Below, piece by piece: positions 10,134-20,279 of a stretch of DNA of 64,000 nucleotides (position 1 is its first letter; each line of letters begins with the position of its first letter). Made by a program: the position numbers and the translations under genes. The stretch comes from an uncultured Verrucomicrobiae bacterium (lineage in GTDB: Bacteria; Verrucomicrobiota; Verrucomicrobiia; Limisphaerales; JAFGQR01): NCBI GenBank assembly GCA_963788655.1, contig CAWBHS010000006.1, positions 64,001 to 128,000 on the forward strand, in the 5' to 3' direction. Below the pieces are notes generated by a model. It made no database searches and was not told where the DNA came from. It saw only the letters and a list, made by a program, of their open reading frames with translations.

Positions 10134-11146
10134 TGCCACCGCAAGTCTCCATCATCATGCCGGTCTATAACGCCGAACGCTATATGGCGGCGGCGGTCAA
10201 TAGCCTGCTGGCGCAAACCTTCAACGACTTCGAATTGATCCTCGTGGACGACGCGTCGTCCGACGGAAGCTGGTCCGCTGCCTCGTGGTTCAACGACGTC
10301 CGCATCCGACGGTTCCGTAATTCCCACAACCGGGGCGCGGCGGCCACGCGCAATTGTGGATTGCGGGCAGCACGGGCCAACTATATCGCATTCCTTGACA
10401 GCGACGACATGGCCTTGCCGGCGCGCCTGGAACAGCAAGTTACCTTTCTCGGCGCGCACCCATCCGTTTCCGTGGTTGGCTCGCAAGTCGAAGTGTTGGG
10501 CTGCGACTTCACAGAAAATCCGAAGCTGCGCCGGCGCGCGGAAGAGATTCCCGCAACGTTGCTCTTCGAAAATTGCCTTGCGCAATCCACGGTGATGCTA
10601 CGCAAAAGCAGCCTGCCCGCGGACCCGTTCGATTCGGAGTTCGAGCCGGCCGAAGACTATCATTTGTGGGCGCGGCTGGCTCCTGGCGCCGCCTTCTTCA
10701 ACCTCGAAAAAACGCTGGTCCAATATCGACACCATCCACAGAGCATCAGCCATTCGGCAGCAGCGCGGATGCAACAATCCATCCGCGGCATTGCCGCTCT
10801 GCAACTCGAACGTTTGGGCATCTCCTCACCCGATTTGGAGCTGCACGTAAGCCTGAGCGAGTGGCCCGTCCTGCCTGAACGCCAACAATTGCGACGCGCC
10901 GAAACCTGGTTGCGCGAACTCCAACAAGCCAACCAGGCGCGGGCAATCTATGCGCCCGACGTATTTGCACGCATCCTGGCTGAGCGCTGGTGCGCGGTGT
11001 GTTGCGCCTCGTGGCAACTGGGACTGTGGGCGTGGCTGACTTTCTGGCATTCGCCCTTGAGCCGATTACATCCGGCTCCCATCGTACCGCTCTTGCGATT
11101 GCTCCGCCATGCACTACCCCAAACGATCCGCGGCCGGCGTCGATGA
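10130..11146 (+). CDS. Glycosyltransferase family 2
   Basis: VSIIMPVYNAERY, ILVDDASSD, IAFLDSDD, AEDYHLW; ATGA overlap with TGA 10131-10133. Confidence 0.9.
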   Translation: MMPPQVSIIMPVYNAERYMAAAVNSLLAQTFNDFELILVDDASSDGSWSAASWFNDVRIRRFRNSHNRGAAATRNCGLRAARANYIAFLDSDDMALPARLEQQVTFLGAHPSVSVVGSQVEVLGCDFTENPKLRRRAEEIPATLLFENCLAQSTVMLRKSSLPADPFDSEFEPAEDYHLWARLAPGAAFFNLEKTLVQYRHHPQSISHSAAARMQQSIRGIAALQLERLGISSPDLELHVSLSEWPVLPERQQLRRAETWLRELQQANQARAIYAPDVFARILAERWCAVCCASWQLGLWAWLTFWHSPLSRLHPAPIVPLLRLLRHALPQTIRGRRR

Positions 11147-12600
11147 AGATCGCCTTCGTCAATAATCAGCTTCAATTGGGCGGGGCCGAAACCGTCGTGG
11201 AGCAACTGCGCGCCGGCGCCGGGCAGGCCGGCCATCAAACCCCGCTCTACGTGGCACACGGCAAGACGTATCCGACGGACGTGCAACCGCTTTATCCCCG
11301 CCGGCTCAGCCGGCTCAGTCACACCCGGCTTCACCCATTCGTGGAGCGCTGCTTCCCCCGCGCCACCTGGACCGACCGCGCCTTTCGCCGCTTGGCCCAT
11401 GGCGACGCCGACGTGATTCATGTTCACAATTTCCATGGCGATTATGCCAGCATCGACTCGCTGGCGTATGTGGCCCGGCGCAAGCAAGTCGTTTGGACCT
11501 TCCACGCCTTTTGGGGGATCACCGGTGGCTGTGATCATCCGCTCGATTGCCGTCGCTACCAGAACGGTTGTGGCAATTGCCCGCAGGTCGGCACCTGGCC
11601 CGTCGGCCCGGTGGACCTTACCGCGGAACAGTGGACTGGGAAAGTTGACCAACTGGCGGTTCTGCCGCTGCACGTCATTGCGCCCTCGCGTTACCTGGCG
11701 AACACGGTGCGCGCCAGTCGTGTGGGCCGGCATTGGACGATTCATCAGATCCCGAACGGAGTGAATCCAGCCCGGTTTCCCGGGGCCCGAAAACACGACC
11801 GCAGTTGCCGCGCTAAACTGGGACTTGCCCCGGACGCCACGGTGATCTTGATCGTGAATCGCGCCTTTCGCGATCCGAACAAAGGATTTCCAGTTGTGCT
11901 TGAGGCACTGACGAAGGTATGGGGTAGCCCCCCGGCCAAGGAACTCACATCGCGAGCCACAGACTCGTGCCAACCCGGTAGCGCCGAGTTGCACTCGGCG
12001 GAATCGCAGAGTTGCCATCGGCCCGGGGGCGGCACCAGATTGAAGGTCCAAGCTACGGAAAGGCATCGCCCGTCCCACTGCCACATCGGCGAAATGGCCA
12101 CGGAGCGAGTGAGAGCTGCCCAGCCATCAGTGCAAGTGGTACTGGCGGGAATGGACAGCGCCTGGGCCGCCCCGCAACTGCCCCCCACACTTCCATATTT
12201 CGATGCCGGCTACGTGACTTCGCGCGAACAATTGTCGGGGTTGTTTGAAGCGGCGGACATTTTCCTGTTTGCATCGGCGGCGGAGAACTTTCCTTGCGTA
12301 ATCCTGGAGGCCATGGCGGCCGAATGCTGCGTCGTGGCCACGCCCACTGGCGGCGTGAAGGAACAAATCGCTCATCGCACGACTGGTCTGTTGAGCGAGG
12401 AAATCACCGGCTCATCGTTGGCGAAGCAATTGCGGGAAGCGCTGGCCCATCCACTCCAGCGCCGCGCCTGTGGAGCCAACGCCCGGCAACGGGTGGAGAA
12501 GGAGTTTTCCGAAGAACGCATGGTGACGGCGCACTTGGAATTGTACGCCGAAGTCGTGAACAAGCAACGGATTGAACCGGCTCTGCCCCGCGCCGCATGA
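11143..12600 (+). CDS. GT4 glycosyltransferase (WcaC-like) with an in-frame insert of about 60 aa
   Basis: GGAETVV, IHVHNFHGDY, WGITGGC, ENFPCVILEAMA; low-complexity insert between LTKVW and VQVVLAG. Confidence 0.88.
   Translation: MKIAFVNNQLQLGGAETVVEQLRAGAGQAGHQTPLYVAHGKTYPTDVQPLYPRRLSRLSHTRLHPFVERCFPRATWTDRAFRRLAHGDADVIHVHNFHGDYASIDSLAYVARRKQVVWTFHAFWGITGGCDHPLDCRRYQNGCGNCPQVGTWPVGPVDLTAEQWTGKVDQLAVLPLHVIAPSRYLANTVRASRVGRHWTIHQIPNGVNPARFPGARKHDRSCRAKLGLAPDATVILIVNRAFRDPNKGFPVVLEALTKVWGSPPAKELTSRATDSCQPGSAELHSAESQSCHRPGGGTRLKVQATERHRPSHCHIGEMATERVRAAQPSVQVVLAGMDSAWAAPQLPPTLPYFDAGYVTSREQLSGLFEAADIFLFASAAENFPCVILEAMAAECCVVATPTGGVKEQIAHRTTGLLSEEITGSSLAKQLREALAHPLQRRACGANARQRVEKEFSEERMVTAHLELYAEVVNKQRIEPALPRAA
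11978..12056. repeat. Degenerate GTAG...CTAC hairpin element (family H) inside a GT4 gene
   Basis: gtag followed by a perfect 8-bp hairpin cgccgagt-tgc-actcggcg, ends ...agctac; a similar arm gcagcgcagagttgcgctctc lies at 32230-32250. Confidence 0.55.
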
Positions 12601-13412
12601 AAGTCAGCGCCTACATCCCCAGTTTCAACAATGCCGACACACTTCCGGCGGCCATGGAATCCGTCCGACAACAATGCGTTCCCCCGGTGGAACGTTTCGT
12701 AATCGATGACGGATCGACCGACGGCTCCCCTGCCCTGGCGCGCGGATTAGGCTGGCGAGTGATCTCCAACGTCCAGAACCTTGGGCGTGGGGCCGTGCGC
12801 GCCCGTGCCATGTTGGAGGCCCAAAATGAATTCGTGCTCGCCTGCGACGCCAATGTGGCGTTGCCGGTGGATTTTCTGGAGCGCGCCGGCGCCTGGTTCA
12901 AGGATGAAGAGGTGGCCGCCGTCATGGGACGGGTTGGGCAAACTGATTTTCGCACCGCCCCGGCGCGCTGGCGGGCGCGACACTTGTTTAAAATGGAAGC
13001 GCCTTGCGCCGTGAGCGAACACGCGAGCCTCGCCACCGGCGCAGTGCTTCTCCGCCGGTCACTCGTGCTCCGGGCTGGCAACTTCGACGCCCAGTGTCGT
13101 CACAGTGAAGACGCCGATCTGGGCCAGCGGTTGTTGGCGGCAGGTTGCAAGGTGGTCTTTGATCCGGCGCTGCAATTTCACGATCTCTCCCGCAATACCC
13201 TCGGTCAAATCCTGGAGCGTTACTGGCGCTGGAATGCCGCGACCATGGGCCGAATGAACTTTCGCAATTTCATCCGGCAGCTTGCTTATGCGTGCAAAGT
13301 GATGGCGCGCGAAGACCTGCGAAAGGGTGATTTCGGAGCGGCGATGATCAGCTTGCTGTGTCCCTCCTATTTACTGTGGAAGTCAAATGTCCATCGGCCT
13401 GCACGGCAATAA
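12597..13412 (+). CDS. Glycosyltransferase family 2
   Basis: VSAYIPSFN, VIDDGSTDGS, SEDADLG. Confidence 0.88.
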   Translation: MKVSAYIPSFNNADTLPAAMESVRQQCVPPVERFVIDDGSTDGSPALARGLGWRVISNVQNLGRGAVRARAMLEAQNEFVLACDANVALPVDFLERAGAWFKDEEVAAVMGRVGQTDFRTAPARWRARHLFKMEAPCAVSEHASLATGAVLLRRSLVLRAGNFDAQCRHSEDADLGQRLLAAGCKVVFDPALQFHDLSRNTLGQILERYWRWNAATMGRMNFRNFIRQLAYACKVMAREDLRKGDFGAAMISLLCPSYLLWKSNVHRPARQ

Positions 13413-13454
13413 GACGGACGCACTGCCAGCGCTGGCGCGACTTTCCTGCTGGCC

Positions 13455-14438
13455 GTGAAATCTAAGCCAAACACGATGGCGGCCACCACGTTGCACTGCC
13501 TTTCCATCATCATCCCCACCTGCCACCGGCCCGCGCAGTTGGCCCGTTGCTTGGCAGGGGTCTTCGCGGCGGCGCAACGGTGGACCGCCTGTTCGTGCGA
13601 AGTCATCGTCACCGACGACAGCCGGGATGAACGCACGCGCCAAGTGGTCGAGTCGCGTTTCCCCTGTGCCACGTGGACGCGCGGTCCGCAACGCGGTCCG
13701 GCGGCAAATCGTAATCATGGGGCGCGCGAAGCCCGCGGCGAATGGCTGGTCTTTGTGGATGATGATTGCGAACCCACCCCCGAATGGCTCGGCGCCTTCG
13801 GGACCGCGCTCACCCGGCAGGACGTTGAAGTGTTGGAAGGCCGCACCCTCTGCCCCAATGCCCCGGACAGTCCTTCGGTCGAGCGCGTGGAGAATCTGCC
13901 CGGTGGCGTGTTCTGGAGCTGCAATCTTGCCATTTGCCGGACGACCTTTGATTGGCTTGGTGGCTTTGACGAAGATTTCGCCGAAGCCGGCGGCGAAGAC
14001 ATGGAGTTTGCGTGGCGACTGCGGCGGCATGGTTGCCGCACCGCATTCGTGCCGGATGCGCTGGTGGTGCATCCACCGCGGCGGATCGGTTGGCGGCAAA
14101 TCTGGTGGCGCACGTTTCTGATGCGCTGGATGCTGTTATATCGCTTGAAAACGCGCCAATCGCCCCCGTTGGGTTCAGGTTCCTTGCGAGTGGCTGGTTG
14201 GTTGACGGGGCAACAGGCCGTCGAGTTGCTGCGGGCCACGGTGCATTTGGCAACGCGCTTCGAACGCCGTCGCTGGCGCACGCGGCTCTTTTACCTGGGG
14301 TGGAAATGGCTGACGTTCCCAGTGCTGTTTCCCTATTTGGTCACTTGGGAATTTCGATTCCGGAAGCAATGCGACCGGACCTTGAAGGAAGGATCCTTGG
14401 CGTTGCATCTACCGCAACGATTGCCCACCAACCGATAA
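13455..14438 (+). CDS. Glycosyltransferase family 2
   Basis: LSIIIPT, GPAANRNHG, VFVDDDC, GGFDEDF, GEDMEF; start GTG 13455 or ATG 13476. Confidence 0.88.
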   Translation: MKSKPNTMAATTLHCLSIIIPTCHRPAQLARCLAGVFAAAQRWTACSCEVIVTDDSRDERTRQVVESRFPCATWTRGPQRGPAANRNHGAREARGEWLVFVDDDCEPTPEWLGAFGTALTRQDVEVLEGRTLCPNAPDSPSVERVENLPGGVFWSCNLAICRTTFDWLGGFDEDFAEAGGEDMEFAWRLRRHGCRTAFVPDALVVHPPRRIGWRQIWWRTFLMRWMLLYRLKTRQSPPLGSGSLRVAGWLTGQQAVELLRATVHLATRFERRRWRTRLFYLGWKWLTFPVLFPYLVTWEFRFRKQCDRTLKEGSLALHLPQRLPTNR

Positions 14439-15266
14439 ATGATGTCGAACCTCCTCGGGCATTTCTTGAAAACCGCACCGGCCTTTCGCGGACGCGGTCG
14501 GTTGGTTCGTCATTGGGTCAACCGCCGACGTCGGCCGACGCTGCGAATGCGGACTCTGCCCGGTGGTGCGCGCATCCCCTGCGACCTCTCGGTGCCGTAC
14601 GAAGCCACGGTCTGGCTCCAGCAAGAAGAAGAGCGCGATCTGCAAGTGCTGCGGGAATTGCTGAAGCCGGGCCAGGTGTTCGTGGACGGCGGCGCCAACA
14701 TCGGTCTCTGGACCCTCGTAGCGGCGCGGGTCGTCCACTTGACCGGATTGGTGCTGGCCTTCGAGCCGAATCCCACCACGTTCTTGAGCCTGACCGCCAA
14801 CGTGGCGGCCAATGAGCTGGACGCCAGCACGCGACTGTTCAACCTGGCGTGTGGCGAAACCGCCGGGGAATTACCGTTCCGCTGTCACGCGGCTCACAAC
14901 CTTTCGCAAATCGTTCCGCACAGTGACGACCGCACCATCCAGGTTCCGGTGGCCACACTCGATACCGTGCTTGGCAATTCGGCCGTTCACGGACTCAAGT
15001 TGGACGTGGAAGGCTTTGAACTCGCCGCGCTCCGAGGTGCGGTTGCCATCCTGCAAACCCAACGACCGTGGATCTGCGTCGAGTTCAACCCGCTACTGGC
15101 AGGGCACACCCGGTTGCGCGACTGGCCGGTGCATCGTTGGCTTACCGACTTGGGCTACGCTGGCCGGCGGTTTGCAGAGGCATTGGATCATACCGCATCC
15201 GCCCGGCTGCCGAACGACTGGACGACGGCCGGTTACTGCAATCTGTTTTACAGACCACTTGGTTAA
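14439..15266 (+). CDS. FkbM family methyltransferase
   Basis: FVDGGANIG, LAFEPNP, LKLDVEGFELAALRG. Confidence 0.92.
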   Translation: MMSNLLGHFLKTAPAFRGRGRLVRHWVNRRRRPTLRMRTLPGGARIPCDLSVPYEATVWLQQEEERDLQVLRELLKPGQVFVDGGANIGLWTLVAARVVHLTGLVLAFEPNPTTFLSLTANVAANELDASTRLFNLACGETAGELPFRCHAAHNLSQIVPHSDDRTIQVPVATLDTVLGNSAVHGLKLDVEGFELAALRGAVAILQTQRPWICVEFNPLLAGHTRLRDWPVHRWLTDLGYAGRRFAEALDHTASARLPNDWTTAGYCNLFYRPLG

Positions 15267-16204
15267 TGTCCGAAGGCGATTTCCATCCGATCCAATTGAG
15301 CGTGGCCCTGGTGACGCGCAACCGCCCCGAGTCCTTGCGCCGTTGTTTGCGGAGCCTGCGAACGCAAAATCCGCAACCGTGTGAAGTGATTGTTGCCGAC
15401 GATTCCGATGCAATATTCGCTCCGGATGCAGCCGCGCTGGCCACCGCCTACGACTGCCGTTATGTGACCGGGCCGCGGCGCGGTCTTTATGCGAACCGCA
15501 ACTGTGCCGCCCGCGCCTGCCGCGGCACCCACGTCCGCACCATGGACGACGATCACACGTTTCCCGACGGACACTTCGCGCGCTGTCTGGCGGCGGTTCA
15601 TTCCGATCCGCGGGCGGTATGGACGACCGGAGAAACCTCCTATCTGAATGGCTTGCACTACGACACCGCGACCACGGCCAATCAGTTACACCCCTCGGGC
15701 GTGGGTTGTGCGGTATCCAATCCGGACGACAATTGGGCCATCGCCGACGGCTCGACAATTTACCCGCGCGAAGTGTTTGCGCGCGGTTTATGGATGGTGG
15801 AGGAGTTTGCGTATGGCTCCAGTTACCTGGAATTCGGAGCCTTGTTGCACCGCTGCGGGTACCGTAGCCGCTGCATTCGCGGTGCTCTCGTGGAGCACTA
15901 CATTGATCCCGAAACCATCCGGCGCCAGCGCGATCCACGAACGGCGCCGAGCCGCTTGTTCGCCAGTTTGTGCTACAACCTGTGCTTTCAACCCAACTGG
16001 CTGCGCGCCGGTCGGTATGCGTTGGCCTGTTGGCGCAGTGATCCGTCCAATCGGTCATTGCTGGCCAGCCTGCCGCGGTTTATCGCCGCCGCGCGAGCGC
16101 GATGGAGTATTGGAGCAACGATTGATGCGGCGACGAAGATCCCTGGGCTGCCGGACCAAGCTGGAAGCAGCAAACTCAGCGGGCGTGTTTCAGCAATTCG
16201 GTAA
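15266..16204 (+). CDS. Glycosyltransferase family 2
   Basis: LSVALVTRNRP, VIVADDS, GLYANRN, TMDDDH; TAATG coupling with the previous gene. Confidence 0.87.
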   Translation: MSEGDFHPIQLSVALVTRNRPESLRRCLRSLRTQNPQPCEVIVADDSDAIFAPDAAALATAYDCRYVTGPRRGLYANRNCAARACRGTHVRTMDDDHTFPDGHFARCLAAVHSDPRAVWTTGETSYLNGLHYDTATTANQLHPSGVGCAVSNPDDNWAIADGSTIYPREVFARGLWMVEEFAYGSSYLEFGALLHRCGYRSRCIRGALVEHYIDPETIRRQRDPRTAPSRLFASLCYNLCFQPNWLRAGRYALACWRSDPSNRSLLASLPRFIAAARARWSIGATIDAATKIPGLPDQAGSSKLSGRVSAIR

Positions 16205-17031
16205 TGGTTCCGCTCGTCTCCCTTTCAACTTTGCGCCGCGGCCTGCAATCGTTGCTGGCGCGCCATCCGCACCTCTATTGCCGGCTGCTGGGTTGGATTC
16301 ACCGCGGCCGCCTCGAGCAAAGAATCTATCTCACGCTGACTCGGCCGGGGGACGTGGTGTTCGACGTGGGTGCGAATCAGGGGCATTTCACGTTGTTGTT
16401 TGCGGACCTGGTCGGGCCCTCCGGCGAGGTCCATGCCTTCGAGCCGTTACCGCCGACGTTTGCGCATTTGCGCACTGCCGTGGAGCAACACCCGCGCGCG
16501 GACAGGGTGCTGCTCAACAACGTCGCCTGCACCGAACATCCGTGCGAAATCACCCTGCACGTGCCGGACGACGATGGCGGACAAGCGTCGTTGCGACGGC
16601 AGCGTGAGGGATCGTGGCGTTCCGCCGAAGGCCTCTCCATGCTGCCGGTCCAAGCCATTCGCTTGGACGACTACGAACGTGGTCGGGCGGCGGACCAAGT
16701 CGATTTTGTCAAATGCGACGTCGAAGGGGCCGAGCTCTTGGTGCTACGGGGCATGACGAACAAACTGGCCCGACACTCACCGCTGTTGTTCCTGGAGGTC
16801 AATGCGGCCTGGACCGAGCCCTTTGGATATCGTCCCGCCGATCTGATCGCGTTCCTCGAATTGATGGGCTATGATTCGTTTTATCTGGTAACGGATCAAA
16901 TATCACCCATGGCCGATCCCGGCGCCACGGTCGCCATGGCGGCAGCAAGTGAAGCAATCAATGTGCTTTGCGCCCACGCGGAACATCACGCGGAGCGGCT
17001 GCAAAGTCTGGCAGTGATCCGGTCGCACTGA
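16204..17031 (+). CDS. FkbM family methyltransferase
   Basis: VFDVGANQG, HAFEPLP, VKCDVEGAELLVLRG. Confidence 0.92.
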   Translation: MVPLVSLSTLRRGLQSLLARHPHLYCRLLGWIHRGRLEQRIYLTLTRPGDVVFDVGANQGHFTLLFADLVGPSGEVHAFEPLPPTFAHLRTAVEQHPRADRVLLNNVACTEHPCEITLHVPDDDGGQASLRRQREGSWRSAEGLSMLPVQAIRLDDYERGRAADQVDFVKCDVEGAELLVLRGMTNKLARHSPLLFLEVNAAWTEPFGYRPADLIAFLELMGYDSFYLVTDQISPMADPGATVAMAAASEAINVLCAHAEHHAERLQSLAVIRSH

Positions 17032-17053
17032 GCGGTATGAATTCACGCAACCT

Positions 17054-17242
17054 GGGGAGCGTGCCCGCCTCGGGCGCTGTCAATGGCGCCTCGCCATCGA
17101 CTCGAATAGTGCCGGGCGTTGAAACCATTGTGAGCCATCCTCCGTCCGATGGTCGGCGCGAGGCGCGCCGACCGACAGGCGGGGCGCCTGTGGTCCCCAT
17201 GCGAGTCTGTTTGAAGGGTGGTAGCAGCCGACGTAAGGAGGC
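17054..17242. repeat. Composite REP cluster: family C element (17054-17198) plus a family B arm (17221-17242)
   Basis: ggggagcgtgcccgcctcgggcgc...ggcgcctcgcc also at 27175 and (reverse) 35813-35855; perfect 10-bp hairpin ggtcggcgcg-agg-cgcgccgacc at 17151-17173; gtagcagccgacgtaaggaggc at 17221. Confidence 0.82.
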
Positions 17243-17288
17243 TTACTTTTATGGCTAGGAGTCCGGCTGCCAATTTCAAGTTCTCACC

Positions 17289-18413
17289 ATGTCCTGGAAA
17301 CGGTGTTTGATGGAAGCAGCGGTATGGTCCGCTGGCCGGCTGGCCCATTCGGTTTCGACGCTGCCGGCCAATCCGCGGTCGATTTTCGTCCTGCGCAACA
17401 ATGACCTGGGCGATGTGCTGGTGATCACGCCGCTGTTCGAAGCGCTGCGGAAGCGCTTTCCTGGCGCGCGCTTGGTTGCTGGGGTCGGCAGTTGGAGCGC
17501 GCCGTTGCTCGAGGACAATCCTTATGTCTCCGAAATCGTGCCGGTCAACGCCCCCTGGCACAATAAAGTCATCACCCCTAACGGCAGGCAGGCGGCCTTC
17601 CAATACATTTATGCCTCCGCCGAGGCACGCGCGTTGTCGCGCCGACGGTTCGACATCGGCATTGACGTACTGGGAAGTCCGTGGGGTTCGTTATTGCTGA
17701 TGCGTTGTGGCATCCCGTATCGATTGGGGGTGCAAGGATACGCCGGGGGACACAGCGCGACGCAGCAGTCCGTGCTATTCAACTCACGCGAACAGGTCGG
17801 ACGCGCGGCGTTGCGCTTTGCGGAATTGCTCGGCGCAACGAGCCTGCCGCATAATCAGCCGCAAATTTTCCTGAGCCCAGAAGAACAGGAGACTGCCGAA
17901 CGACGCTGGCATCAACTCGGTTTACCGATTCCCAACCTGGCGACGCGGATCGTGGTGGCACCGGGTGGCGGCTTTCCGGAGAAATGTTGGCCCCGCTCGC
18001 ACTGGGCGGAATTGCTGCACCTATTGGGCGACGAAATCACATGTTCGCTCCTGGTGGTCGGCAGCCAAGCCGACCAGCGCGCCGGCGCCGAACTGGCGCA
18101 AGCACATCCGCTGGTGCGCAGTCTCTGCGGTCAGACCAGTCTGCGGGAAACCTGCGCGTTGGTCGCCCGCGCTGATCTGGTCATCTGCAATTCCAGTTTC
18201 CTGATGCACGTGGCCGCGGCCTTGGGCAAACCGGCGGTCGTAATACTCGGTGGCTGGTTTCCGTCGGCCACGGATCATGAGGTTCAGTGGGGTTACCCCA
18301 AGGGCATGGTCGTGTTCGGCCGGGACAGGGATCGTCCGCGCATCTTTTCGCCACGCGAAGTCTATGCCGCGCTCGAGGATTTCTTCACCAACCACCAGGC
18401 GCTGGCCGCATGA
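17289..18413 (+). CDS. Glycosyltransferase family 9 (heptosyltransferase-like)
   Basis: NDLGDVLVITPLFEALRKRFP, PGGGFPEKCWP, LCGQTSL, ICNSSFLMHVAAALG. Confidence 0.9.
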   Translation: MSWKRCLMEAAVWSAGRLAHSVSTLPANPRSIFVLRNNDLGDVLVITPLFEALRKRFPGARLVAGVGSWSAPLLEDNPYVSEIVPVNAPWHNKVITPNGRQAAFQYIYASAEARALSRRRFDIGIDVLGSPWGSLLLMRCGIPYRLGVQGYAGGHSATQQSVLFNSREQVGRAALRFAELLGATSLPHNQPQIFLSPEEQETAERRWHQLGLPIPNLATRIVVAPGGGFPEKCWPRSHWAELLHLLGDEITCSLLVVGSQADQRAGAELAQAHPLVRSLCGQTSLRETCALVARADLVICNSSFLMHVAAALGKPAVVILGGWFPSATDHEVQWGYPKGMVVFGRDRDRPRIFSPREVYAALEDFFTNHQALAA

Positions 18414-19540
18414 AGATTGCCTTTCTCACCAGTTGCCTGGCGCCGGGCAAAGACGGCGTCGGCGATTACACGCAGTTGCTGGCGGAAGAGTGTGAACGCC
18501 TCGGACACCGTTGTGCGCTGCTGGCGCTGAACGACAAATTTGCAGCGGACGAATCAAGCCCGGGCTTGCGCTTGAGCGCCGACCGGCCCTGGTCCGAACG
18601 TCTGGCGCAGGCCCGGAGTTTTTTGGAGTGGTTCAAGCCGGACGCGGTGAGTCTCCAGTTCGTTTGTTACGGCTATCATCCCAAGGGCATCCAACCGCGG
18701 CTGGCCAAATGGTTTCAACCGCTGATCAACGGCGCGCGATTGCACCTCATGCTGCACGAGCTATGGATCGGCGAGGAAACCGGGGCGTCGCTCAAGGCGC
18801 GTTTGATCGGCGCCGCCCAGCGCTGGAGTGTGTTGAACATGGTGCGTCGGCTGCAACCGAACGTGGTCAGCACCACCAATCCCGCCTATCAAAGCGTCCT
18901 TCGGCACCGCGGGATTGCCGCCGGCCAACTGCCCTTGTTCAGTCCCATCCCGGTGCGGCCCGCCGGACAGAGCGCCTGGGTGTTCGACGAGTTGCAACGC
19001 GGCGGCGTTTCCGTCACCCCCGAGACGCGCGATACGTATTGGCTTTTTGGTTTCTTCGGCACGCTGCATCCAGTCTGGCCGCCGGAACCGCTGTTCGCTT
19101 ATCTGCGCGAAGCGGCCTGGCGCCACGGCAAACGCCTCGGAGTCTGCGCCATTGGACGAATCGGCTCCGGCGAGGTTCGCTGGAAAACCATGACTCGCGA
19201 TTACGCGGGGGCGTTTGCTTTTTGCCCATTCGGCGAGCAACCGCCGGAGCGGGTGTCGGATTTTCTGCACGCCATGGATTTCGGGATTGCCACGTCTCCC
19301 TTGGTCCTGCTCGGCAAGAGTGGGACGGCCACCGCGATGATCGAACATGGCCTGCCGGTTATTGTGAATCGCAACGAAGTGCGTTTTCGGGCCCACGCCG
19401 AGACGCCCAACGGCACCTCGCCGCTGGTGGTGCGGATGGATCCCGAACTGCCGCGCAAACTGGCCGCAATACGCCGCCAGCCACCGCAACCGACGTTGCC
19501 CACGGTGGCCAGAAAATTCTTGTATGAACTCGAACGCTGA
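18410..19540 (+). CDS. GT-B fold glycosyltransferase (GT4-like)
   Basis: GKDGVGDYT, HLMLHELW, GFFG, LGKSGTATAMIEHGLPVI. Confidence 0.75.
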   Translation: MKIAFLTSCLAPGKDGVGDYTQLLAEECERLGHRCALLALNDKFAADESSPGLRLSADRPWSERLAQARSFLEWFKPDAVSLQFVCYGYHPKGIQPRLAKWFQPLINGARLHLMLHELWIGEETGASLKARLIGAAQRWSVLNMVRRLQPNVVSTTNPAYQSVLRHRGIAAGQLPLFSPIPVRPAGQSAWVFDELQRGGVSVTPETRDTYWLFGFFGTLHPVWPPEPLFAYLREAAWRHGKRLGVCAIGRIGSGEVRWKTMTRDYAGAFAFCPFGEQPPERVSDFLHAMDFGIATSPLVLLGKSGTATAMIEHGLPVIVNRNEVRFRAHAETPNGTSPLVVRMDPELPRKLAAIRRQPPQPTLPTVARKFLYELER

Positions 19541-20279
19541 ACGGAGTTATTCCCCGGCTCCCCAATCGCCGCGGCCGTTGCGTGACTTCTTCCAATACCG
19601 CCTGTCCACGCTCTGCGCGCAGCCACGGATCACGGGAGCGGACGCCGGCTTTGCCCTGCCCAATTCGTCGCTCGCCTTGTTGCGCGACATCATCGACGAA
19701 CTCGAACTGAAGCAAGTGTTTGAATTTGGCACGGGCCGTAGCACCCAATTATTTCTGGACTGCGGTTGCCATGTGACCGCCGTCGAAGACAACGAAGATT
19801 GGTTGCGGCGCACGCTAATGGCGTTGGCCTGGGAGCCGCGCTCGCGGTTGCGCGCCAAGTTGTGTCCGTTGAAAACCGTGTACGACGACGGCTCACCGTT
19901 CCTGGGCTGGCGACTGGACCGGGAACAACGGCAGGCACTGCGGGACGCGGAATTGGTGTTGATCGATTCGCCGGCCTTTCCGCCCTTTCGCGAACACGCG
20001 CTCATCACGGCCTTGAAACTGAACCGCCGCGCGGTGGTCGTGCTGGATGACGCCGCCATTCCCACGGTCCAACGTTTTTGCACGCGGTTGACCGCTCGCA
20101 ACCAGCTCGTGCGACATTACACCCGGATGGACCACGGATTGTTCTTCTTTTGTCCGCCACCCGCCGACACTCGGCTTGACACGGCGCGCGGTTGGGTGGA
20201 AACGGTGAAAGCTTGGCGCCGTTACGTGCTGGGGTCGCGACTTTGCTTCCGTCCGAAAGGCACCGCCGTTCCGTTATGA
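19524..20279 (+). CDS. Putative class I SAM-dependent methyltransferase
   Basis: VFEFGTGRST, VTAVED, LVLIDSP, VVVLDDA. Confidence 0.65.
   Translation: MNSNAERSYSPAPQSPRPLRDFFQYRLSTLCAQPRITGADAGFALPNSSLALLRDIIDELELKQVFEFGTGRSTQLFLDCGCHVTAVEDNEDWLRRTLMALAWEPRSRLRAKLCPLKTVYDDGSPFLGWRLDREQRQALRDAELVLIDSPAFPPFREHALITALKLNRRAVVVLDDAAIPTVQRFCTRLTARNQLVRHYTRMDHGLFFFCPPPADTRLDTARGWVETVKAWRRYVLGSRLCFRPKGTAVPL

Noticed and set aside
11915..12125. Intein or intron explanation for the in-frame inserts
   Set aside because: Too short, with no Cys/Ser...His-Asn splice motifs or group I/II intron features; the DNA matches REP-like hairpins instead.
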